64,000 bases of DNA, taken from NCBI GenBank assembly GCA_963735035.1, contig CAVTJJ010000004.1, positions 736,001-800,000 on the forward strand, given 5' to 3'. The number at the start of each line of letters is the position of its first letter. The stretch's first letter is position 1. A program made the translations under genes and the position numbers. Shown here in pieces: positions 10,411 through 20,664 of the stretch. Below the pieces are notes generated by a model. The model worked only from the letters and a program-made list of their open reading frames with translations, searched no databases and was not told where the DNA came from. The stretch is from an uncultured candidate division Zixibacteria bacterium. Its GTDB lineage: Bacteria > Zixibacteria > MSB-5A5 > GN15 > FEB-12.

Positions 10411-11400
10411 TTGATTATGTGTGAACGTAACGACGACAATAGCAGGCTCAATCAGGTAAGCGACCTCGCCAAATTGGTGGACGTGCGCAACTGTATCTGT
10501 TGTCCGCGAGGGTGTCAAGCGGATCGGACAAGCGACACTCCCGGCTGGTGTAAGTCAAACGATGAGATGATGATTTCGTCGATCTGCGCCCATCGAGGCG
10601 AAGAGCCGGTCTTGAGCGGAGCGCACGGCATCTGCAATATCTTCTTCACGCACTGCAACATGCAGTGTATTTACTGTCAGAACTATCAAATATCCCGCAA
10701 CACGTCCGCGGCCGGTTCGCCGATGGCTCTGGACGAAGTCATTTCCGAGATCGAGGCGGTCCTGGCCTCAGGTGCTAAGGGAGTCGGGTTCGTGTCGCCG
10801 TCGCACAGTATCCCGCAGATGCGGCAAATTATGGACGCGCTCAGGGCGCGCGGTCATCACCAGAAATTCGTCTATAACAGCAACGGGTACGATAAAGTTG
10901 AGATCATTCGGGCGCTCGAGGGATCTGTCGATGTGTATCTGCCCGATCTCAAGTACATGGACGAGAAACTCGGCCGCGAATATTCGGGTACCCCCAATTA
11001 TCCGGCTGTCGCCACGGTTGCCATCAGAGAGATGTTTCGCCTGAAGGGCGCCAATATCTATTTGGACAATGAAGATGTGATCGAATCGGGGATGATCATA
11101 CGACATCTGGTCTTGCCGGGACAGGTGGAGAATTCGAAAGCGGTATTGCGTTGGATTGCCGAGGAACTGTCACCTTCCGTGCATGTCTCGCTGATGTCGC
11201 AGTACTATCCCACTCCGGCCGTGAAGGATCACCCGCTGCTTGGCAGGACGTTACACCCCGAAGAATACGAAGCGGTAATCGATGAATTCGAGCGTCTCGG
11301 GTTCTGGCGCGGCTGGGTTCAGGAGCTGGGGAGCCCGCACAGTTACCGCCCCGATTTCGATCTGCACCATCCTTTCGAACCGGATCGGGACTCTCAATGA
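10411..11400 (+). CDS. Radical SAM protein, PflX-like
   Basis: HRGEEP, CNMQCIYCQNYQIS, YLPDLKY, IIRHLVLPG, SLMSQYYP. Confidence 0.88.
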   Translation: MIMCERNDDNSRLNQVSDLAKLVDVRNCICCPRGCQADRTSDTPGWCKSNDEMMISSICAHRGEEPVLSGAHGICNIFFTHCNMQCIYCQNYQISRNTSAAGSPMALDEVISEIEAVLASGAKGVGFVSPSHSIPQMRQIMDALRARGHHQKFVYNSNGYDKVEIIRALEGSVDVYLPDLKYMDEKLGREYSGTPNYPAVATVAIREMFRLKGANIYLDNEDVIESGMIIRHLVLPGQVENSKAVLRWIAEELSPSVHVSLMSQYYPTPAVKDHPLLGRTLHPEEYEAVIDEFERLGFWRGWVQELGSPHSYRPDFDLHHPFEPDRDSQ

Positions 11401-12155
11401 ACCTGGTAATTCTGACAGAGACAGATCAGACAAGCGCACACACGTTCCGACTGACCGATTTTCGTGCGGAGCACATCCGAACGATCTTGAAAGCAACCGA
11501 AGGGGACTCAGTAGAAATCGGGATGCTCAACGGACCACAGGGAAAGGCGCGGGTGGAGCGAGTAACCGCCGATGAAGTCATTTTGGTGTGTGACGTCTGG
11601 CGCGAAATGCCCCTTTTCAAGCCGGAAATCGACTTGATCTGTGCGCTGCCTCGACCACAGACGCTCAAGAAGGTGTTAATTACTTCCGCCATGATGGGGG
11701 TGCGGTCGCTTCATCTGATCCGAGCCAACCGCGTGGAGAAGAGTTATTTCCAATCACCCCTGATCGAACCAGAACACCAGTTGCCATTCTTGATCGAAGG
11801 ACTGTCACAGGGTAAGCTGACGCGTCTGCCTATCGTTCAGGTGCACGACCGTTTCAAGACTTTCTTTGAAGATGACTTAGCGAGCCTGTCATCTGATCCG
11901 TCCCGTCCCTCGCTGAAACTTCTGTGTGACGGCGAAAGCACACTTGCTCTAGACAAAGCCTTTGATAGCGAAGCTTCAGAAGTAGCCGTCGCGGTCGGAC
12001 CTGAAGGTGGATGGGTGCCGTTTGAGATCGAGTTGATGCGCGAGATCGGATTCCAACCGTTCACGCTCGGCCGCTGGACGCTGCGCGTGGAGCACGCGGT
12101 AACGGCGGCGCTGTCACAGATAGAGCTACTGCGGATGATGTCGGAAGAGTACTGA
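11397..12155 (+). CDS. rsmE: 16S rRNA m3U1498 methyltransferase
   Basis: SPOUT motifs VGPEGGW and LGRWTLRVEHA. Confidence 0.88.
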   Translation: MNLVILTETDQTSAHTFRLTDFRAEHIRTILKATEGDSVEIGMLNGPQGKARVERVTADEVILVCDVWREMPLFKPEIDLICALPRPQTLKKVLITSAMMGVRSLHLIRANRVEKSYFQSPLIEPEHQLPFLIEGLSQGKLTRLPIVQVHDRFKTFFEDDLASLSSDPSRPSLKLLCDGESTLALDKAFDSEASEVAVAVGPEGGWVPFEIELMREIGFQPFTLGRWTLRVEHAVTAALSQIELLRMMSEEY

Positions 12156-12171
12156 GCATGACCGATGGCGG

Positions 12172-12939
12172 TCAGGCCCTGACGCCCACCGGGGCCAGAT
12201 AGATCACGAATTCTTCTTCGCCGTCCACCCCGATTACTTCATCCACCGCTTTTTGATCGTACGCGGCAATGGCGCAAGTCCCGGCGCCTATCGATTCGGC
12301 CGCCAGATAAAGATTCTGGCAGATATGTCCGGCATCGATGGCAATCAGCTTGTGCGCGACAATCGAATAACGCCACTCGGCTCGATAAGGGATCGTCGTC
12401 CATACGAACACGGCGGCGCTTTCCCCGATGAACGTCTGATTCATACAGGCCCGTGAAATCCGACCCGGCAGGTCAGGTTGGGCCGCCTCGGGCAACAGTT
12501 TGTGCTCAATCGCCAAGTAGCGGTAGAGCCCGGCAGGGAGGTCGTCAACCCGGTTCACGATCAAATAGGTCTCGAACGCATGGCGGCCGCCGCCGGAAGG
12601 AACATTGCGAAATGAGCGGACCGGTCGACCCTGGTCATTCACGATTCGTCTCAATCCCTGAGTGGCCCATAAGAGGAACGAGAGTTCTTCAAGGCTAAGA
12701 GCTTCCGGGGAAAACTTGCGTCGACTCTCGCGGCTGCGAATGGCGTCGCGCACCGGCATGTCTCCCAATGCGAATTGGTCAGGCCAAACCAGTTCTATCA
12801 GGCGGGAACTATCAGGATACGGTTTCTGTACCGGCGGCGGGTGAACTCCCGAGCGCTGGTCAGTCTGGAAGTCTGTCTGGGAGAACTTGCTCCAGTCGTC
12901 AGCTCTGAGGATTCTGCGGAAGGCTCGAAGATCGGTCAT
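12172..12939 (-). CDS. SagB/ThcOx-family nitroreductase-like dehydrogenase
   Basis: RESRRKF, LSFLLWATQG, PSGGGRH, DAGHICQNLYLAAE. Confidence 0.88.
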   Translation of the reverse strand: MTDLRAFRRILRADDWSKFSQTDFQTDQRSGVHPPPVQKPYPDSSRLIELVWPDQFALGDMPVRDAIRSRESRRKFSPEALSLEELSFLLWATQGLRRIVNDQGRPVRSFRNVPSGGGRHAFETYLIVNRVDDLPAGLYRYLAIEHKLLPEAAQPDLPGRISRACMNQTFIGESAAVFVWTTIPYRAEWRYSIVAHKLIAIDAGHICQNLYLAAESIGAGTCAIAAYDQKAVDEVIGVDGEEEFVIYLAPVGVRA

Positions 12940-13000
12940 GACACACCTCGGCGTCTTAAGTATAACTTACTCCAAGAATAACACGGCGAACGAGATAAGA

Positions 13001-14602
13001 CTATTGAAGAATCAAGATTAGAGTCGGGCCGCTCACCGGTTGATCGAGTGAGAACCACTGGTACTGAAGCCGCCAACTTACTCCGGCGTAGGTGAACCCG
13101 ATCGGTATGACTTTCGAATCGAGACCCAGGGCGAAGATCGGCCCGAAATCCTTGAGGTTCTCACCTAGTCCAATCGCGCAACCGCCCTCGAGTCGGAGCG
13201 CTTTGGGCCAGCCGTTTCCGGGCAGGTCAAAATCAAGCCCGGCGGTAGTGGTCAAGAGGCGGTCATTGACTTCATAGAACGAAGGCATGAACGTCGCGGC
13301 CACCGAGACATTCTTCACCAGCAGCAGATCGTCGAATATTCCATAACCCAAGCCAATTGATCCGCCGAAATGACTCTTCCCGTCACGTACGGTCAACTCC
13401 CCACCTGCCTGTACCAGCAGACCCTTGTAACTGGGAGGAGCGGTTCGATCCTGAGTGTATCGGACCGAGGCCCAGTTTGGGTCGGACCTGATAAGATTGT
13501 ATGCGCCGGTGGTGGACGGATTTTGCAGCGGTGCAGGAATCATCCAGGCCGGCACCGAAGCACGTGGACGGAGGAAATTGAGATCGAGACCTCTAGTATC
13601 AGGATCGTGAAGGCCGTCTTCGCGCAGTTGGGGATAGTTGTGTCTGATCCTGACTCCATGCTGATCGAGCGAATCCGTGCGGAAACTCCAGACAGCCGCA
13701 ACCGGCATGGGCAGGTACATCAAAGAGGGCAACCGGTATTTGCTATAGTATTCCTGAGCCCCCGCGCTTGACAGCCATTGTGCCACCAATTCCGAGGCCG
13801 GCCGACCGGGGGCAGCGACTTCCAACCAGCGCGACAGACTATCCGGCAGCGCCGCACCGTGTGACAGGTACCAGGTCACGAGCACTTCTTTGAGCGAGGC
13901 CGCACAGGCGTCATGAACCGCCTGGTAGGTCGGTGGATACCAGTTGAGGAGACCATCTCCGAAGGTCTGCCAGACTTCGCCGCGGGCGTTGACCGCGTAG
14001 ACACCACGATCACGATGGTAGTCATGCGCTTCTCTTCGATTCCGGCGCGCCAACCATGTGAACAAACCTTCACGATAAGAGAGAATATGCCCCGCCGCGA
14101 AAGCATCGGCCAAATACCCCTGGGCTTTCGCTTCCTGTTCGAGCGCCCATAGCAAAATGCCTGTGACATCGGTATCGGTACGAGCGGCTTGTGAGGCCAG
14201 TCGCAATGCCTTCAAGTGCTCGACCAGGAACGCAGCCGCAACATTTTGGGGGTTGCTCCCACGGCTGGATGATCCCAGTGGCGCATTCGCCAACTGCTCC
14301 AGAATGGTCATGCCTCTTTCGTGGAAACGTGCAGCGGCGAAATCATCGGCGGAGTGTAGCGCCTCTCTGTCGCCGAAGGTTGCGCCGCTCCATGCGGCAC
14401 GGCTTATTGATATCAGGCTATCCGACATACTCAGCTTGAATCCCGAGCTGTCGGCCGAAGATGCACACTCGCGCATTACAGCTTCGAAGACTGAATCGCC
14501 CAGAGTGCGATGTTCTTCCCGATCCCACGCCGAGGCTGTTGTCGCCAACATGCCGGTTGCGAGTAGTGCGAAGAAAGTCAGATGTAACCGGATGTGCTTC
14601 AT
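13001..14602 (-). CDS. Secreted protein with putative Zn-dependent phospholipase C-like domain and C-terminal beta-rich domain
   Basis: Signal peptide, mature N-terminus WDREEH, LADAFAAGH, HDYH, FGDG; amphipathic beta strands at the C-terminus. Confidence 0.55.
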   Translation of the reverse strand: MKHIRLHLTFFALLATGMLATTASAWDREEHRTLGDSVFEAVMRECASSADSSGFKLSMSDSLISISRAAWSGATFGDREALHSADDFAAARFHERGMTILEQLANAPLGSSSRGSNPQNVAAAFLVEHLKALRLASQAARTDTDVTGILLWALEQEAKAQGYLADAFAAGHILSYREGLFTWLARRNRREAHDYHRDRGVYAVNARGEVWQTFGDGLLNWYPPTYQAVHDACAASLKEVLVTWYLSHGAALPDSLSRWLEVAAPGRPASELVAQWLSSAGAQEYYSKYRLPSLMYLPMPVAAVWSFRTDSLDQHGVRIRHNYPQLREDGLHDPDTRGLDLNFLRPRASVPAWMIPAPLQNPSTTGAYNLIRSDPNWASVRYTQDRTAPPSYKGLLVQAGGELTVRDGKSHFGGSIGLGYGIFDDLLLVKNVSVAATFMPSFYEVNDRLLTTTAGLDFDLPGNGWPKALRLEGGCAIGLGENLKDFGPIFALGLDSKVIPIGFTYAGVSWRLQYQWFSLDQPVSGPTLILILQ

Positions 14603-14603
14603 G

Positions 14604-15854
14604 TTACACCGCCGGCTGCCAGTTCTTGAGGAGGAAATTTATGGCGTTGTTCGCTAGTATATCGGACACAACCTTGTTGTCGCCGAATTCGTCCAGAAGC
14701 GAGCTGCGAAGGCGGCCGATCTGGTTTAGTCGATTCATATCGTTGGGCGGTCCGATGAACCCGGCGAAATCTGTTCCGATGCCTACATGCTCATAGCCGA
14801 CCAGCTTCACAATGTAACGAATCGCGCGCACAACGTCTCGAATCGAGCCCTGATCTTCAGCCTCCTGAGCCGTGGCATAGTTTGATAGAAGATATGGATC
14901 GAGTATCACGCCAATGAGACCGTCCCGACGCGCAATCTCCTGAAGATGTTCGTCGAGCAGAGAATACGGATGATCCCCGAGTGTGCGCGCGCTGGTATGT
15001 GATGCCACCATCGGGCGGGTCGTGACCTTGAAAATCTCCTCAAGGGCGGCGGTGGAAGCGTGGATCACGTCGACTATAATACCCAGACGCTCCAATTCCT
15101 GTATCAATTCCCGCCCGTAACCGCTCAATCCAAGCGCCGGCCAGGGGGAGTTGGCGTCGGGGAAGAAGGGATAGGCGTTGGCCGAAGTTGCCACCCCTTT
15201 GTTGAAAAAATGCGTCAGGCCGATCATCGCCACCCCACGGCGCGCCAGCAGTTCGGCGGTTTCGAGCCGGCCGCCGAGGGCATGAGCCCCTTCGACGGTG
15301 TGCACGACCGCAATGCGCCATTCGCCGCTTTCTTTGGGGACAGACAACAATGCACGAAGCTGACCGGGGTTGACGGCTAATGTCGCGTAGTCATGATACT
15401 TGGTTCGAAGATCATCCTCCAGCAAATCCAACATCCGGGTAGTATGAACGATGGCATTCGGATCGGGATCGGTCGGCATCGACAGCCACTCGTCGAACGG
15501 GTTGAAATGTGTCGCGCATAGAAGGTCAACCCCGGCTTCATGGCAGTCTTTCCAATTCATCCCGGAGCGATTGAAAGTTGTTTCAGCCAGTCGGGCAATG
15601 CCGGGATACTGAATACCAAGCGGTGTTTGTCTATTCCAGGAGTTGATTCCGGCATGCACATGCAAATCGGCCAGCACGCGCGGGGTCGAACGATCGGTCA
15701 TCCAGGGTGGTCGGCCGCACCCTTCCAGCCAGAGGAGGGGTGAGACCAGCGCGGCGCCAGCCAATGTGCTGACACCGGAAGCGACGAATTGCCGTCGTGT
15801 GATCTTCGACTGCATTTGTCTCGTTTCCCCGCTGTGATCTCGTCTTCTTGACAT
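14604..15854 (-). CDS. Membrane dipeptidase (peptidase M19), probable Tat lipoprotein
   Basis: TRRQFV Tat motif, LEGC lipobox, DLHVH, VEGAH, ASHT, HVGIGTDF. Confidence 0.85.
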   Translation of the reverse strand: MSRRRDHSGETRQMQSKITRRQFVASGVSTLAGAALVSPLLWLEGCGRPPWMTDRSTPRVLADLHVHAGINSWNRQTPLGIQYPGIARLAETTFNRSGMNWKDCHEAGVDLLCATHFNPFDEWLSMPTDPDPNAIVHTTRMLDLLEDDLRTKYHDYATLAVNPGQLRALLSVPKESGEWRIAVVHTVEGAHALGGRLETAELLARRGVAMIGLTHFFNKGVATSANAYPFFPDANSPWPALGLSGYGRELIQELERLGIIVDVIHASTAALEEIFKVTTRPMVASHTSARTLGDHPYSLLDEHLQEIARRDGLIGVILDPYLLSNYATAQEAEDQGSIRDVVRAIRYIVKLVGYEHVGIGTDFAGFIGPPNDMNRLNQIGRLRSSLLDEFGDNKVVSDILANNAINFLLKNWQPAV

Positions 15855-16038
15855 AATCTTGATGACTCACCTCTGTCTTTATCCAAGCTACACCCGGTCG
15901 CGGCATGGGTCAAACTAAAACCGACGGTGTCCTTTGAGCCAAAACGACTTGCCGAAAAGCCGCATATCAGCTATATTCCCTGTTCAAGATTACTCGCCTG
16001 GAGTACTGATCGAATAGTTGGCTAAAGTCGGTGATTGA

Positions 16039-17646
16039 GTGTTCATGCGGTTGCTGCGATGCGGCGCAGGGCTGTTCCTGCTTATAGCAGGAGTTTGCTC
16101 AGCGACTACTGTGGTTGTTCCTACCGATCAGCCTACCATCCAGGCTGGTATTGATGCGGCTGTCGACGGCGATACGGTGGCGGTTCTTCCAGGAACCTAC
16201 TCGGGTCCGGGCAACACCGAAATCCGATTCAACGCCAAAGCCCTCGTCCTCAGATCAACAGACGGCGCTGGAAGCACCATCATTGACGGCGCCGGAGTCG
16301 CTCGGGCCTTCAGCTTTCGCAATTCTGCCGGGCCGGATCCGGTCATTGAAGGTTTCACGATGATTAACGGCAACGGCGGGAATCAGGGCGGAGCGATCGA
16401 GTGCTTCGCTTATTCACCGGTCATTCGCCAATGTGTTTTCGTCAACAACACCGCCAGGTACGGCGGCGCGCTCTATTTCAACGGTGCTTTGGGGGCGAAC
16501 AAGAGCATGATCGGTGGCACGCCGGTCTTGATTCAATGCACGTTTGTCGGCAACGTAGCCACCGAACAGGGGAGTGTCTGCCACCTCAATTATGGAGTTG
16601 TCTCATATTTTGATCGATGCATCTTGTCGAATAACACTTCGTCATCCGGCTCGCCCCTGCAATTGGGTTCAGGTTATGGCAGGATTATTCTGGAATGCAC
16701 CGACATATATGGCAACCTGCCCGGCGATTGGATCGGGGTCATTGAAGATCAGTCGGACTCATCAGGTAACTTCAGTCTCCCGCCATCATTTTGTGACCCG
16801 GCGTCAGGTGATTATCGTCTGCGCGCTCACTCACCCTGCTCCCCGGGAAATAATCAGTGCGCCAGTCTGATTGGAGCTCTCCAGGACAACTGCTATCCGT
16901 GTCAGGACACCGACAGCGATCAGATATGCGACCTCTTCGATAATTGCCTCGAAGTACCCAATCTCGATCAGGCGGATTTCGACGGTGACGGGGTTGGTGA
17001 CTTGTGTGACGATTCGGACGCTGACGGCCTTCTTGATATCGACGACAATTGTCGGACGGTGGCCAATCCGCTTCAGGAAGATACCGACACCGACAGCCGG
17101 GGAGATTCTTGCGACAACTGTCCCGACATATACAATCCCCTGCAGGAAGACGCCGATCTGGACGGTATCGGCGACGCCTGCGATCCGGACATTGATGGCG
17201 ACGGCGTGACAAATACTATCGATGACTGTCCACTGTTGTCTAATCCCGATCAGAACGACATGGATCAGGACGGCGTGGGCGACGCCTGTGACCTCTGCAC
17301 CGGAGTTGACAACCGAAATGATGCCGACGGCGATTGCATTCTCGACGAGATTGACAATTGTCCTGGTTCTTACAACCCCAGCCAGGGATGTTGCTGCGGC
17401 CGAGTAGGCGATGTCAACGGCAGCGGCGACGAGCCGACGATTGGCGATATCGCCGCGCTGATAGACTTGCTGTTTATCTGTGGGTCGGACTGTGAGATTG
17501 AATGCCCGGCCGAGGCAGATGTCAATCAGTCCGGCGGCCTTAGCCCGTCAAGAGAAGATGTCTCCATCTCGGATATTTCATATCTGATTGACTACCTGTT
17601 CATCACGGGACCCGGCCTCGGGCTTCCCCATTGCCTCGAACCGTAG
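16039..17646 (+). CDS. Secreted beta-helix protein with thrombospondin type-3 repeats and C-terminal dockerin-like domain
   Basis: TIQAGID, GGAI/GGAL repeats, DNCP..NP.Q.D.D.DG.GD.CD repeats, GDVNG...ADVNQSG. Confidence 0.8.
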   Translation: MFMRLLRCGAGLFLLIAGVCSATTVVVPTDQPTIQAGIDAAVDGDTVAVLPGTYSGPGNTEIRFNAKALVLRSTDGAGSTIIDGAGVARAFSFRNSAGPDPVIEGFTMINGNGGNQGGAIECFAYSPVIRQCVFVNNTARYGGALYFNGALGANKSMIGGTPVLIQCTFVGNVATEQGSVCHLNYGVVSYFDRCILSNNTSSSGSPLQLGSGYGRIILECTDIYGNLPGDWIGVIEDQSDSSGNFSLPPSFCDPASGDYRLRAHSPCSPGNNQCASLIGALQDNCYPCQDTDSDQICDLFDNCLEVPNLDQADFDGDGVGDLCDDSDADGLLDIDDNCRTVANPLQEDTDTDSRGDSCDNCPDIYNPLQEDADLDGIGDACDPDIDGDGVTNTIDDCPLLSNPDQNDMDQDGVGDACDLCTGVDNRNDADGDCILDEIDNCPGSYNPSQGCCCGRVGDVNGSGDEPTIGDIAALIDLLFICGSDCEIECPAEADVNQSGGLSPSREDVSISDISYLIDYLFITGPGLGLPHCLEP

Positions 17647-17879
17647 CCGGTTCGGCCTCCCGCCCTCAACTTCCTGCCATTCAATACGTTGAGTTGGCAG
17701 TGCCTCTGTCGGGTAAGGTGCCGCCAGCCCAGGCAGGTTTCGCTTGTTAAATCCCCGATTTGTGATAACTTGAGTCCGGTGAATTCGTCAGGGCCGGCCT
17801 GTACCAGAAGCCGCCGTTACCGACAACTATAATGTGACGGCACACTATCACGGCTTCAGGTTACAGGAGGCAATACACG

Positions 17880-18944
17880 ATGAAACAGATTCTACTGTCC
17901 GGTCTTTCCGCAATTCTTGTCCTCATAGTGAGTCCGACGCTCCGCGCCGCCGACTGTGTAAATCTGGATTTAGAATTGACCCCAGAGGTGCTCGCAGGTA
18001 GCGTTGGTCAGGGAAGTTTCGAGTTGACCAACTGCGGTGATCTGGCCGGTACGATTGTGTTGACGGTTGCCCTGCAGATTCCCGACGGCCCCACTATCGA
18101 AATCGCCGACATCCCCGTTCAGCTCGGTGCCGGTGAGACCATAATCCGCAACTTCACTTATCCCGCGCCATGGATCTTGACAGGTCATACGTTTGGTCTT
18201 TGCGTCACGGCTCAAATGGGTGAGGCTTCCGCTCACGACTGCGCCTCGACAACGATCGTCCATGATTCCAACGGCGACGACGGCGGGCGCGAGAATTTTG
18301 GCGTGGCTCTGTCGTTCGGAAATGATTGTATTGAGACCGATCTTGAACTCACCGATGTCATTTACACGTCGCCCGGCGACTTCATGGCTGAGGCATTTTT
18401 TGAGTTGACGAATTGCGGCGATGATGAAGCCGACGTCAATCTTGATATAGAGATCGAAGGGTATCGTCTCTCGACTTCTTCGGCGCCGCCCATTCATGTA
18501 GGCGCGGGCGAGACCGTGTCCCGCCAATGGGCTTTCGCCGTGCCCCCGTTCATTCCCAGCGGCGATTACAACATCTGTGTTACGGCCACGGCGGGGACAG
18601 CCGTGGCAACCGACTGCGAAATGGTCAAGGTCTTGAGCACGCCGCCGATTTCGGGTTCCGACGTTGCCGTGAGCGACGTGTCCAACTTCCCCAATCCATT
18701 CAACCCGACGACTCAGATATCGTTTAATTTGAATAATGATTCGAGAGTCTCGGTCGAAGTTGTCAATCTGCTCGGTCGACGGGTCAGAGTTCTGGCTGAC
18801 GCGGTTCCGATGAAAGCGGGCAGTCAACAACTCGAGTGGAACGGACGCGACGATTCCGGGCAGCCGGTTTCGAGCGGCATCTACTTCTATCGAATTTTCG
18901 CCGACGATCAGGCATTCTCCGAGAAGATGGTTCTGGTCAAATAG
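17880..18944 (+). CDS. Secreted protein with two Cys-bridged Ig-like repeats and FlgD-like/T9SS-type C-terminal domain
   Basis: Repeated DLELT..FELTNCGD..GAGET..CVTA..DC; NFPNPFNPTT...WNGRD..SGIYFY...KMVLVK. Confidence 0.8.
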   Translation: MKQILLSGLSAILVLIVSPTLRAADCVNLDLELTPEVLAGSVGQGSFELTNCGDLAGTIVLTVALQIPDGPTIEIADIPVQLGAGETIIRNFTYPAPWILTGHTFGLCVTAQMGEASAHDCASTTIVHDSNGDDGGRENFGVALSFGNDCIETDLELTDVIYTSPGDFMAEAFFELTNCGDDEADVNLDIEIEGYRLSTSSAPPIHVGAGETVSRQWAFAVPPFIPSGDYNICVTATAGTAVATDCEMVKVLSTPPISGSDVAVSDVSNFPNPFNPTTQISFNLNNDSRVSVEVVNLLGRRVRVLADAVPMKAGSQQLEWNGRDDSGQPVSSGIYFYRIFADDQAFSEKMVLVK

Positions 18945-18960
18945 TCTTTAGTGTCGGTCG

Positions 18961-20637
18961 ATGCCGCTGTCAAAGGATTCTGACGGCGGACTGCAAAACA
19001 TCAGAGAAGGACCTCAGGAGATTAAGGGTTTTATGTTTCCCGGTGCTGTACAGACAGGATCGAAGAGCATGTTTCTCACGGTCGGATTGCTGGTAGCCCT
19101 CTTGAGCTCCCCGGTCCTGTCGGCGTCATATGAATGGGTCGGCTGCATCAACGGTGATGCCGTCGGCGATCAATTTGGCAGTTCTTTTTGCACGCTGGAT
19201 TTCAATCACGACGGTTATCAGGACCTGGTAATCGGAGCGCCTGCCTCCGATGCGGGTGGAATCTCGGCCGGAAAAGTCCGCATATATTTTGGTGGCCCCC
19301 AGGCCGACACCGTGTGCGACCTGACACTCATTGGTGCCCCCAGTTCATTCTTTGGCAAATCTCTGGCCTCAGCCGGCGATTTCAACGGGGACGGCGCTGA
19401 TGACCTGCTGGTCGGAGCCCCGTTCTACGATAGCCCCGCGATCAACGCCGGGGCGGTGTATCTCTTTTATGGTGGAACGATTCCTGACACGACGGTCGAC
19501 CACATATTTACCGGCGGTGCAGGCTCTGATTACTTCGGCATTGCCGTGACGGCCTGCGACTTCAATTCGGACGGATTCTCCGACATAGTCATCGGGGCCT
19601 ACAAAGCCGACTGGGGAAGCTTTGTTGATGCCGGACGGGTCTATGTCTATTCAGGGGGACCGTCGATCGAGTACAGTGTCGACTATACTCTGACCGGTGA
19701 AGCCAACGGTGAACGTTTCGGCTATTCTCTGACATCCGGCGATTTTAACGGTGATGATAATAGTGATATTGCGGTGGGCGCTTACAGTTACGACTCTGAG
19801 TACCTCAATGTCGGGCGGATCTATCTGTTCTTTGGCGGAGTCTCACCCGATGTCTATAGCGATCTGATCCTGCAGGGTTCTCAGCCCGGTGACAAATTCG
19901 GCTGGGCTCTGGCGTCCGGAGAAGTCACCGGCGATGCGTATGATGATATCATCATGGGCTCGGACGGCCATACCATTTCCAATGCTTCAGCAGGACGGAC
20001 GTATGTATTTGACGGCGGACCGGATATCGACGTCAACGAGTACGCCCACTACGATCTGGGACGTGCCCGCAATGATCTGCTGGGCTTTTCAGTTGCAGCC
20101 GGAATCGACGTCTCCCATGACGGCATCGGTGATCTGCTGGCCGGCATGCCCGGCAACGGCGACGGCGGCACCATAGCCGGGGGCGCCGTGCTCCTTGACG
20201 GCGGTTCGGTGATCGAGCCGGATACCGCAATTTATGGTAATGCGAACGACGAACAAACCGGACAGGCGGTCTTTTTCTGGCAGGACTTCGGTCGCGGATA
20301 CGTTGCATTTGGTGCCGGAGGGCACGGCTACGACGGCTATCGAGGCAGGGTGAGATTGTTTCGCGCGCCATCGTCTGATAATTGCTGTGTCGGCAAAGTA
20401 GGTAACATCAACGGCATGGGGGGCGAAGAACCTACTCTGGCCGATGTTACCGTGCTGATTGACCTGCTCTTCGTATCTCACAACCCGACCAGCGTGACAT
20501 GCGTGTCTGAAGCCGACATCAATCAGTCGGGCGGGGCTCATCCCCAGATCGATGATTTGACCATAGGCGACATCACTATCCTGATAGACTATATCTTCAT
20601 TACCGGACCGACGCTGGGTTTGCCCGACTGCTTCTAA
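18961..20637 (+). CDS. FG-GAP (integrin alpha-type propeller) secreted protein with dockerin-like C-terminus; true start probably downstream
   Basis: Repeated FG..(G)DFNGDG.DD..VGAP..G.VY; C-terminal domain similar to that of 16039-17646. Confidence 0.85.
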   Translation: MPLSKDSDGGLQNIREGPQEIKGFMFPGAVQTGSKSMFLTVGLLVALLSSPVLSASYEWVGCINGDAVGDQFGSSFCTLDFNHDGYQDLVIGAPASDAGGISAGKVRIYFGGPQADTVCDLTLIGAPSSFFGKSLASAGDFNGDGADDLLVGAPFYDSPAINAGAVYLFYGGTIPDTTVDHIFTGGAGSDYFGIAVTACDFNSDGFSDIVIGAYKADWGSFVDAGRVYVYSGGPSIEYSVDYTLTGEANGERFGYSLTSGDFNGDDNSDIAVGAYSYDSEYLNVGRIYLFFGGVSPDVYSDLILQGSQPGDKFGWALASGEVTGDAYDDIIMGSDGHTISNASAGRTYVFDGGPDIDVNEYAHYDLGRARNDLLGFSVAAGIDVSHDGIGDLLAGMPGNGDGGTIAGGAVLLDGGSVIEPDTAIYGNANDEQTGQAVFFWQDFGRGYVAFGAGGHGYDGYRGRVRLFRAPSSDNCCVGKVGNINGMGGEEPTLADVTVLIDLLFVSHNPTSVTCVSEADINQSGGAHPQIDDLTIGDITILIDYIFITGPTLGLPDCF

Positions 20638-20664
20638 TCAGAAAGTAAACTCTATAGGGGGCGC

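Noticed and set aside
10411..12939. RiPP cluster (radical SAM plus SagB-like gene)
   Set aside because: No YcaO, precursor peptide or transporter; both look like stand-alone families and lie on opposite strands
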